Shown here: positions 41,728 through 50,034 of the stretch, piece after piece
How positions within the stretch are numbered: position 1 is the stretch's first letter
Layout: every line of letters begins with the position of its first letter
Origin: Promethearchaeota archaeon
GTDB taxonomy: Archaea; Asgardarchaeota; Lokiarchaeia; Sigyniarchaeales; SOKP01
Assembly: GCA_016839765.1 (NCBI GenBank)
Contig: JAEOTP010000068.1
Span: 27,218-91,217, forward strand
Length of the DNA: 64,000 nucleotides
Direction: 5' to 3'
Program-made: the position numbers and the translations under genes
The notes under the pieces: model-generated
Seen by the model: the letters and a program-made list of their open reading frames with translations, nothing else
Databases searched by the model: none
What the model was told of the DNA's origin: nothing

Positions 41728-41831
41728 TGATAAAATCATTGTTGTTTTGTTATTAACAAAATAACAAAACTTATAAATTTAACTTTTTTTACCAAAAATA
41801 ATTTTTTTTACCAAAAATATCAAAAATCAAT

Positions 41832-42236
41832 TTATCTTCCTTCAAAGATTTTTGCTAAATTTTTTGCTGCAACTCTCATTACTTTAACGGTTTTCATTAA
41901 TGTGTCGATGAGTGTTCCAGCACATACAATTACTAATGGGCCTGCATTACTTACAACTATGTAGCCATTTTGGGCTCTTACAATTATTTCACTTAATTCT
42001 TCTTGAAACAGTGTCTGAATTGTTGAGCTACCAGTCATTAGTAGAGCACTTGCGAGCCCACAAAATTGATCGCCATCAACATGATATTGGGGAAGCGCAG
42101 AAAATGCAATTTGATACCCCTCCTGAGAAACAAGTGCAATTGCTTCAATGTCAGCATTAGAAGTTATAAATGTAATTTGAGGACTTATTTTTTCAATATC
42201 CTCATCAGTAATTCCAAGATCACTTCCGAACTGAAT
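41832..42236 (-). CDS. Roadblock/LC7 domain protein (copy A), probable ATT start
   Basis: IALVS.EGY.IA and EIIVRA.NGYIVV.NAG roadblock pattern; AGGTG SD 6 nt before the ATT. Confidence 0.9.
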   Translation of the reverse strand: MQFGSDLGITDEDIEKISPQITFITSNADIEAIALVSQEGYQIAFSALPQYHVDGDQFCGLASALLMTGSSTIQTLFQEELSEIIVRAQNGYIVVSNAGPLVIVCAGTLIDTLMKTVKVMRVAAKNLAKIFEGR

Positions 42237-42331
42237 CCAAATCACCTTTCTTGGGATAAATGAAAATAGAACCTTTATCTTAGTAATTTTTTAAAATTCT
42301 TTTTATTTATATATTTTCATTAAAATTCAAT

Positions 42332-42601
42332 TTATTTATAAAATTGTCTTTTCTTGTCTTCTTCTGATTTAGACTCTTCTTTTTTCTTAAAGTATTTTCT
42401 AAGCATGAAATAATTTATAATCATACCAACAAGTTCAACTAAAATACCAACAAATGCAATAATTGTTCCACCGAATTTGAGATGTCTTAATAATAAAGCA
42501 ACACCTAAACCGGAGGAACTAAATACAAACAAAAGAAAACCTTTAATGATTTGAGAAAAAGAGATTCTTAATTGGGTCAACTCTTTTTTGATCAAAGACA
42601 T
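42332..42601 (-). CDS. Small 2-TM protein (copy A)
   Basis: IKKEL...SGLG shared with 49604-49879. Confidence 0.85.
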   Translation of the reverse strand: MSLIKKELTQLRISFSQIIKGFLLFVFSSSGLGVALLLRHLKFGGTIIAFVGILVELVGMIINYFMLRKYFKKKEESKSEEDKKRQFYK

Positions 42602-42675
42602 AACTTAAATAATTTTTTATAGATTTTAAATTTGGTTAAATAAATAGTTCTCTATTAAATACTTTGTATCTTACT

Positions 42676-45075
42676 CTAAATATTTCTTCTTTTCTTTTTA
42701 AATTTAATATATAGAGCATTATCTAATATTTTTCCAATTTTAAGAGCAATATTTTTAGCAATCAAATATCTTTCCCCATCAAGCATGGATTTTATCTCAT
42801 TATGACTCGGCTTATGAGTTAACCTTTCAATTAATACATTTTCCACTAATAATTCGACAGAATCCTCAATTTGCTTGTAATCAGGTAAATTTATATCAAG
42901 TTTAAATGATTTTATTTTCTCGACGACAAAATTATAATATTCACAAAATCTCGTATAAGGATCATCATTTAATTCACTATGCAGTTTAATATTATCTGTT
43001 GCTATCTTAGTGTCTTTTTCTTGCCAATAAAATTGATTAGGATTTATTCCAGGGCGATTTATCCCCATCAACGAGGATGTTATACGTCTTTCTATCCAAT
43101 TAAAGGTACTTTCTTTCTGCTTTTCACGGATTTCTTCTTTTTTTATTTCCTTTTCTCTTTTTTCAATCTCAATGACTTTCTTAACTTTAGATTTACGTTT
43201 TTCCTCGAACACTTCTAGTCTTTTTATTAATTCAAATGCGATACAATAAGAGATAGGGGAAATTAAATCTGCTTGTAATTTCAATGGCTTAATATTTTCG
43301 TATATTAAGCTTGGATTTTCCCTTAATTCGATTATACATTCTTGAAGAGGTTTGTCTGTTAACCTTGATAAAATAAAACCATTCACTAGGAAAACTTGAT
43401 TATTCGCATTAAATACAATAACTAATTCTTTTTGTCTTCTTATTATTCGTTTAATTATTAATTCTTCTAATTTAATATTTATCCAATCTTCATATTCTAA
43501 AGTTCCCTCTATTTTTTTTAAAGCTTGTAATATTAATCCCTTGTCATTATTAATTTTGTTATACGATTCAATTATCCTACTTAATTGTCTAAGGATTTTT
43601 GATAATATATAATAAAAAATATCTCTTATCAAATTATCAATAACTTCTTCAAAACTTAAGAGTGTAATTATTTGATTATAATTACTCATCCCTAGTTCTT
43701 TTAGAAAAACTTTATCAATAATTTGCTTCTTTCTTACAAACTCTCTGAGGTCGTTAATTGATCCTCCCATTTTCTTTTCCAATAACTCCCATAATTTTTT
43801 TAGTTGTAAGTCATCTCTATACAAAAATTTAGAAAGATTAAATTCAGATATATTGTCAAAGCCTCCTAATATTCTTTCTATATAAGGAAAATTAAGTCCT
43901 ACAATCTCCTTTTTCGCTAGATTAACTAAATTTTTATTTTTATCATTTAATGCTAAAAAATCCTGTTTTTTTATATTAAATTTGATCATATTTTTCTTTA
44001 TTTCCGAAATTAAATCATTATCAACATTGATTAAATGCATAATATCATAAATTCCACGTTTATTTAACTGATACATAATTTCATCAAAAGAATATTCATA
44101 AAGGCTTTGTATTAAGTAGATAAAGTCATTTGGGTTAGTTTTAAGTTGTTTTACTATCAATTTTTTTAAAAAATTTAAAGTGCTATTCTCAAAATCTTCA
44201 TAAATTATCCTCTCTTGAAGAGCTTTATTTATAAGATTTAATAACTCCATTTTTATTGAATTGCCTTTTAAGAATGCTCTCAAACCTGGAACTGAAACTG
44301 GATATTTATTAAATTCATAATCCAAAATTTTCTTTTTAATCATCCTAACTGGCATAGCTTCAACTTGGAGCTCCTTATAAGATTTAAATTCGTAATCCCT
44401 GTGAATAACTTTTATCAATCGATTGAGTGTTGATAATTCGATGAATTTATCTTCCTTTTCTTTCTTATCTAATTTTTTTTCAATATCAACAGACAGATCT
44501 TTGAATGCTGATTCTTCTTCTAGGATTTCTCTCTTTATATGATTATTTAGACCAATTATATCTCCTAATAAATCATAGAAGTAAAAAGGAGGATATTTTC
44601 TAATTATCTCCAATAATTCAAACTCGATCTTTTGATCTATTTCCTTTAGTTTTTCATTTTTTTGATAGTCATTAAAAGAAGATACTCTTTCTTCAATTAA
44701 GAAAGATAAGAATAGATTTTCTAGAGTTATTATTTTATAGAGTAAATCAATCTCTAAATCGAAAGAATTTTTTAGTAATAATTCAACTTCGTTCATCAGA
44801 GTCTCTTTTTCATTAATTTCTAAGTCCCCTACAACTTTATCAGAAAAATGCTCAGATTCAAAATCTTGTGGAAATCTAACTCCAAAATTATGATACAAAT
44901 GAACTGATGCAGTTGCAACTAACAATATACTAAGATTTGGAGAAGAATCGGTCAGTTCAAAGATTTTTTGCCTATCTGCAGGTCTTTTAAAGTGTGAGAG
45001 AATTAAATCAATAGTTTGGAAGTATCTATAAGTACTTTCTATAGCAGTTGTTTTTCTTTTAATACCACTTATCAT
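42676..45075 (-). CDS. 799-aa helical protein of unknown function (copy A)
   Basis: MISGIKRKTTA; ATGA overlap with upstream gene; homolog at 50035-52227. Confidence 0.9.
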   Translation of the reverse strand: MISGIKRKTTAIESTYRYFQTIDLILSHFKRPADRQKIFELTDSSPNLSILLVATASVHLYHNFGVRFPQDFESEHFSDKVVGDLEINEKETLMNEVELLLKNSFDLEIDLLYKIITLENLFLSFLIEERVSSFNDYQKNEKLKEIDQKIEFELLEIIRKYPPFYFYDLLGDIIGLNNHIKREILEEESAFKDLSVDIEKKLDKKEKEDKFIELSTLNRLIKVIHRDYEFKSYKELQVEAMPVRMIKKKILDYEFNKYPVSVPGLRAFLKGNSIKMELLNLINKALQERIIYEDFENSTLNFLKKLIVKQLKTNPNDFIYLIQSLYEYSFDEIMYQLNKRGIYDIMHLINVDNDLISEIKKNMIKFNIKKQDFLALNDKNKNLVNLAKKEIVGLNFPYIERILGGFDNISEFNLSKFLYRDDLQLKKLWELLEKKMGGSINDLREFVRKKQIIDKVFLKELGMSNYNQIITLLSFEEVIDNLIRDIFYYILSKILRQLSRIIESYNKINNDKGLILQALKKIEGTLEYEDWINIKLEELIIKRIIRRQKELVIVFNANNQVFLVNGFILSRLTDKPLQECIIELRENPSLIYENIKPLKLQADLISPISYCIAFELIKRLEVFEEKRKSKVKKVIEIEKREKEIKKEEIREKQKESTFNWIERRITSSLMGINRPGINPNQFYWQEKDTKIATDNIKLHSELNDDPYTRFCEYYNFVVEKIKSFKLDINLPDYKQIEDSVELLVENVLIERLTHKPSHNEIKSMLDGERYLIAKNIALKIGKILDNALYIKFKKKRRNI

Positions 45076-47378
45076 AACTCTTTAATCCACTCCCTATAAA
45101 CCTCTTTAAAATTATCTGAAATTTCAAACTTTGACTTAGTATGCCAATATTTAAAATTAACAAGGTGAAACAAAGTACTTTTAAAAAGCTCTTTTTCTTC
45201 ATTTGTTAAAGTATGCTTTAAGATTATGCTTTTAGGTCTAGGGATTAGTTTTGAGAAATATTTCAATTCATTTTCGTTAATATATTTATATAATGTATCC
45301 TCTTCTGAAATATTTAAAAGTGTAATTGGAAGTACTTTGTTTTGATTCAATTTTAACAAATTAACTTCAGTTTCAATTTTTTTTTGAACATACTTCGGAA
45401 ATTCAAGTTTAATATCAATACAGAATTCAAATTTTTTAGAAAAATCTAATAGAAGATTTTTCTCTGTCTCATCTAATACCTTAACAATATACGTATCTAA
45501 AAATACTAAAAATTGTTTTTCATTTTGCTCAAAAGTTTCGCGTTTTTCAATATATTCAACAAAATCTGTATATGTCTCATTTAAACTCCAATCTCTTTTT
45601 TCTTCTATCTTAAAAAATCTTTTTGCATAATCTTTTATCCATTCTAAGACATAAGATTTCCAAATTAAATCTATTCCCCCCATTCTTTTTTCCAGAAATC
45701 GATAGAATTTATTTGCGAATGTAACTGGATCTGAGATTTCAATATCATTTTCTTCCTTTAAAAAGCGATTAATTGTTGAATACCTTAATATATAATTTAT
45801 TAAAAACCTTAATTCGTTTGAAAATTTCTCAAAATTATTTAAATGCTTTTTAATTAAACCAGAATTACTTTCCATTTGTACTTCCGCAAAGGCTACTAAA
45901 TCACTAATACTTAATTTTACTTCTTTTATAAAAGAGGAAAGTGTTTCAATTACAATTTTTTTAAACTCTTTTATAAGTAAATTCAAATCAAAAAGATAAT
46001 CTTTTATCAAGGTAATTGAATTAAATTCAATTTTATTGAGGAGAACACTTTTAAATTTAGAAATTAAATTTTGACCTAGTGCTTTCACTGGTTTTTGTTC
46101 TTTATCAAACTTTTCATTTAAATTACTAATGAGAATATTTACTAAGAAAATCAATTCTCTGCGATAAAGAAAACGAGGTAAAGATTTCCTCATTAAGTTA
46201 AAGTTATTTTTAAAAATTTCAGCAAAGTAATTTACTGCTGAATTTAATTCTATAGCAATTAAATCTTCATCTTTTCTAATTGATTGATTTATTGAGAAAC
46301 TTGCTAATTCAAATAAATCTCTATAATTATAATTTCCTTGATCATTCTTCTTCTCTATGAAGTTATCAAACTTTTTTAAAAGATGGGTTGAATCACCCTT
46401 TTCGCCAGAAGCAAGAAACTCATTAGATACTTCTAAAAATTTATTTAATTTCTTTTCCATTCGATTAAAAAAATCTTCAAAGTAAGATGTTATCCATTCA
46501 ATGGAACAGTTTTCTTGATATGCTCCAACTTCCTCTCTAATTTTTTTAATTAAATAGAATAAAATTCTATCTTGAGATTCATCTATCGTACCAGTGTTAG
46601 CTAATTTCATAAGATTTGTCCCCAATTTTAATGTATTTTCAACCAAAAAATTAGCACTAGGGACGGAGATTAAGTATTTTAGGTGTTCTATGGCCATTTG
46701 GTCATCAAATGGAGACTGGAACTTTTCATATTCGGGATTAAAAAAGTTAAGCTCAAAAGGATTTTTATTCCAAAAAAATTCTACGTCATTTTTTATAGAG
46801 CCATATGTTTTTAACATATCTTCATCAGTGGGGAGGGAGATATTTATTCCAATCAGTTTTTTGTTCCATTTATCTTCAATTAATTCACCATACAGTTTTT
46901 TACTAAAGCGTTCAGCAAAACTTTCTAATAATCTAATCTTCCCTTCCCTGTCTAATTCGGGATGATCTGTGAATTCTTCTACTTCAAAAAACAATTTACT
47001 AATATCATCAATGGATTCCTTGGATTTATGAGTATCTAAATAGCCAGTATCCGGTTTTAAGGCAAGAAGTAAACTTTCACAATCTTTATAATTTCCCGGA
47101 ATCAATAACATAGATTTTGGATAAATATTGATTCTAGCATCCTTCTCATCAAAATTAAATAATTCAAACTCAGCGTAGAATAATTCAGAACCCGTATAAT
47201 CTCTCAATATTGCATTGTACATTCTCAAAAATCTGATAACTTCTTGTGATAATTCATTTACTCTAACACTTGTTAACTTACCTGGACCCAAAACATTTCC
47301 CACAATGATATCTTTTGGACTAGAATAACCAAAAATCAATGAAAATTGATAATTAATAGATTCTCTTGTTGTTATCAT
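45072..47378 (-). CDS. 768-aa helical protein of unknown function (copy A)
   Basis: MITTRESINYQFSLIFGYSSP identical in 52224-54530. Confidence 0.9.
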   Translation of the reverse strand: MITTRESINYQFSLIFGYSSPKDIIVGNVLGPGKLTSVRVNELSQEVIRFLRMYNAILRDYTGSELFYAEFELFNFDEKDARINIYPKSMLLIPGNYKDCESLLLALKPDTGYLDTHKSKESIDDISKLFFEVEEFTDHPELDREGKIRLLESFAERFSKKLYGELIEDKWNKKLIGINISLPTDEDMLKTYGSIKNDVEFFWNKNPFELNFFNPEYEKFQSPFDDQMAIEHLKYLISVPSANFLVENTLKLGTNLMKLANTGTIDESQDRILFYLIKKIREEVGAYQENCSIEWITSYFEDFFNRMEKKLNKFLEVSNEFLASGEKGDSTHLLKKFDNFIEKKNDQGNYNYRDLFELASFSINQSIRKDEDLIAIELNSAVNYFAEIFKNNFNLMRKSLPRFLYRRELIFLVNILISNLNEKFDKEQKPVKALGQNLISKFKSVLLNKIEFNSITLIKDYLFDLNLLIKEFKKIVIETLSSFIKEVKLSISDLVAFAEVQMESNSGLIKKHLNNFEKFSNELRFLINYILRYSTINRFLKEENDIEISDPVTFANKFYRFLEKRMGGIDLIWKSYVLEWIKDYAKRFFKIEEKRDWSLNETYTDFVEYIEKRETFEQNEKQFLVFLDTYIVKVLDETEKNLLLDFSKKFEFCIDIKLEFPKYVQKKIETEVNLLKLNQNKVLPITLLNISEEDTLYKYINENELKYFSKLIPRPKSIILKHTLTNEEKELFKSTLFHLVNFKYWHTKSKFEISDNFKEVYREWIKEL

Positions 47379-47527
47379 AATTAGAAAATAAAAAAAAATA
47401 ATTTTGCAAAGATACTAGTTAAAAAATTTAAATAATTTATAGTTGAATTAGTATTAAAATTTAAGCTGATCATAAGAAGATTTACATATTAAATAGTCAT
47501 TTATTTATTACAACCTTTTAGCCTACT

Positions 47528-47585
47528 ATGACAGGTTTAAACCTCGTATCTTGCAACATCAATTAAGAGTTTCGCAGGGATCTGA
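47528..47585 (+). ncRNA. Possible box C/D sRNA (degenerate C box)
   Basis: GC-richer intergenic island ATGACAG...GAGTTTCGCAGGGAT-CTGA, 58 nt. Confidence 0.3.
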
Positions 47586-47608
47586 AAATATATAAACCAA
47601 CTCCTATT

Positions 47609-48355
47609 TCATAATATAGCATAATTTTCCCATAATCTTTCCTTTACATTATGCGATATTAAATAATCCTTAATATCGGTTAATAATATATTTGGATCAA
47701 ACTCCCAAGCAGCATATTCGTTAAATGATAAGCATTTTAAATTCTCAATATTTAATACTGATTTCAATAAAAGCCCATAAGTAGCAACCTGAGGTAAAGA
47801 AAACATAAAATTTCCTTCAGGCTTATAATCAATCACTTTAACTGTATTATGTTGAATTTGAATCAGATCAATATGCCCAGTAATAGAATTTTTACCAACC
47901 CTTTTCCAAATAGGGATCTCAATAGCAACTGAATCCTTATCTTTAATTAAAATATATTTTAAAACAGGACCATGCCCTGGTTTTTGCCCAATTCCGTCAT
48001 TCTTAAAATTTGCATGAACCTTCCGAGCATATTGAGGTAAATTTGAATTTGAATCAAAATACTCAATTTTTCCCTCCCGGATTAGCTTTTTGGCAAAATG
48101 ATTAATAAATATCGACTTTATCCCGGTGATCTTAAATCTAGATACTCGAGGTAATGATTTTGAGTTAAATAAATTATTTGGAATCTTCCCTTGATAAATT
48201 CGATTAAAATATTTCCCTAAAAGTACAAACTCAGATCGATAAGGATTTAATTGGAAAACTTTTTGCTTATGATGTTCAATATTCCAATTAAAAACATATG
48301 GAATTTGTTGATGAACAAAAACTCGATTTCTAATTGATTGTTGATATGAACTCAT
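47609..48355 (-). CDS. PD-(D/E)XK nuclease, RecB/Cas4-like fold (copy A)
   Basis: AIEIP, ITGHIDLI, IDYK, QVATY. Confidence 0.85.
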   Translation of the reverse strand: MSSYQQSIRNRVFVHQQIPYVFNWNIEHHKQKVFQLNPYRSEFVLLGKYFNRIYQGKIPNNLFNSKSLPRVSRFKITGIKSIFINHFAKKLIREGKIEYFDSNSNLPQYARKVHANFKNDGIGQKPGHGPVLKYILIKDKDSVAIEIPIWKRVGKNSITGHIDLIQIQHNTVKVIDYKPEGNFMFSLPQVATYGLLLKSVLNIENLKCLSFNEYAAWEFDPNILLTDIKDYLISHNVKERLWENYAIL

Positions 48356-48506
48356 CTAGTCAATATTTATGTTTTAAATTTAAAAAAACATTTATATTAA
48401 TGATTTATTAATTTGTAAAGTTGTTCTTAAATTTTTTTATTCCTAGAATTAAGGGAATTGAAATCTAAAAAGTTTTATTTAAAAAACTCAGCATAAAAAA
48501 TTAAAA

Positions 48507-48611
48507 CGGACCCGGCAGGATTCGAACCTGCGACTTTCGGATTAGAAGTCCGACGCCCTATCCATACTAGGCAAGCTAGGCTGGCTAGCTGGCTGGCTAG
48601 GCTATAGGTCC
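48507..48611 (-). tRNA. tRNA-Arg(TCT) with 30-nt D-loop intron (48565-48594)
   Basis: Anticodon arm TCGGA-CTTCTAA-TCCGA; T arm GCAGG-TTCGAAT-CCTGC; BHB splicing gives the typical GCCTAGCCTGGATAGGGC D arm. Confidence 0.92.
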
Positions 48612-48866
48612 TTGCTTTATAAAATAAAGATTTTATATTTTATAAAATATCCTTTATGATGTTTAAAGTTTATTATGACTTGTTGTTGCTCTTCTCTTAT
48701 TAAGAAATTAAAAAATAATTTTCTATTTCTGAAAATAGACTCATTAATTTCTTGATGAATTAATAAATTATTAATACATTTTATTTAATAAAATACAACA
48801 TTAAATTATAATTAAGACATATATTGAATATATAAACGTGATTTGGTAATATAAAAGAGAGTATTA

Positions 48867-49592
48867 ATGGAGCTTAAACAAAAACATTTTGTACATCAAA
48901 ACATACCCTATTCTTTCAATTGGAATAAGATTCATCATAAACAAAAATTTTATCAAATAATTGCTAATCGAGAAGAATTAAATAGACTTAAAGCACATTT
49001 TAAAAGAGTAGCTGAAGGGAAAATTCCGAATAGGTTATTTAATTCTCGAGATCTTCCAAGAGTTTCTCAATTTAAAATTAGAGGTATTAAGCCAGCTTTT
49101 ATTAGAAGTTTTAGTAAAAGTTTAATTCGTTCAGGGAAAATAAAGCGTTTTGATTCCAATTCAAAATTATCCTTGTATGCTCAGAGAGTATTTGAAAGTT
49201 ATAAAGAAAGTGGATTCAGAGGAGACCCTGGACATGAACCAATTTTAAAAAACATTTTAATTAAAGATAAGGACTCTGTAGCAATAGAAGTTCCGATTTG
49301 GAAGGAAGAAGAAAACAAAACCATTACAGGGCATATTGATTTGATTCAAATTGAAAATAATGCTGTTAAAGTAATTGATTACAAACCAGAAGGAAAATTT
49401 TTACTCTCTTTACCCCAAGTAGCAATGTACGGTATTTTATTTAAATCGAGATTAAATATTAAGACGGTAAAATGCGTTTCTTTCAATAAAGAAGAAGTTT
49501 GGGAATATGATCCAAAAACGTTATTGTCTGAAGTTAAAGAATATTTAATTTCTCATCATATTAATGAAAGGCCATGGGAAGATTTCATATAA
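48867..49592 (+). CDS. PD-(D/E)XK nuclease (copy B)
   Basis: ITGHIDLIQI, IDYKPEG, QVAMY. Confidence 0.85.
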   Translation: MELKQKHFVHQNIPYSFNWNKIHHKQKFYQIIANREELNRLKAHFKRVAEGKIPNRLFNSRDLPRVSQFKIRGIKPAFIRSFSKSLIRSGKIKRFDSNSKLSLYAQRVFESYKESGFRGDPGHEPILKNILIKDKDSVAIEVPIWKEEENKTITGHIDLIQIENNAVKVIDYKPEGKFLLSLPQVAMYGILFKSRLNIKTVKCVSFNKEEVWEYDPKTLLSEVKEYLISHHINERPWEDFI

Positions 49593-49603
49593 AGGGAATC
49601 TAT

Positions 49604-49879
49604 CTAGAGCTTCTTTCCTTTTGGTTTTGAGGGTTCAGGTTCTTCCCTAGGTTTCACATACCCTTTAAACATGAAATAACATAAAAGTAAGGCTACTAAT
49701 TCTGTAGCAACACCAAGAAAAGAAATAATTGTACCATTATATCCCAGATATCTCAATACTAATGCAAAACCTAAACCTGAAAATGCTAAAATAAATAAAA
49801 TAAATCCTTTTATGATTTCTAGGAAGGAATCTTTAATATATCCAAGTTCTTTCTTAATCCAAGTAAAAATTGAAGCCAT
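49604..49879 (-). CDS. Small 2-TM protein (copy B)
   Basis: Homolog of 42332-42601. Confidence 0.85.
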   Translation of the reverse strand: MASIFTWIKKELGYIKDSFLEIIKGFILFILAFSGLGFALVLRYLGYNGTIISFLGVATELVALLLCYFMFKGYVKPREEPEPSKPKGKKL

Positions 49880-50034
49880 AAGATGATTCTACTTCTATAT
49901 AATTTTAAATAAATTAAATAAATATCATTTTAATATCTTTGTTATTTTCTAAAGATTTATCTAAATATTCAAATCAGAAATGATTATGATTAAACTATAC
50001 TTATCGATATTAACCTAAAGTTTTTGAGATAGTC

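Noticed and set aside
42237-42245. GTG start for roadblock copy A (and TTG 55679 for copy B)
   Set aside because: The GTG is part of the SD and is not in frame in copy B; conservation extends 47 codons upstream of 55679.
48565-48604. GCTAG/GCTG stutter as an assembly artefact or microsatellite
   Set aside because: It folds into a proper BHB plus hairpin, and its removal gives a canonical D arm.
47609-49592. CRISPR-Cas4 module or tRNA-integrated mobile element
   Set aside because: No array, cas1/cas2, integrase, or duplicated tRNA 3' end (att site) seen.
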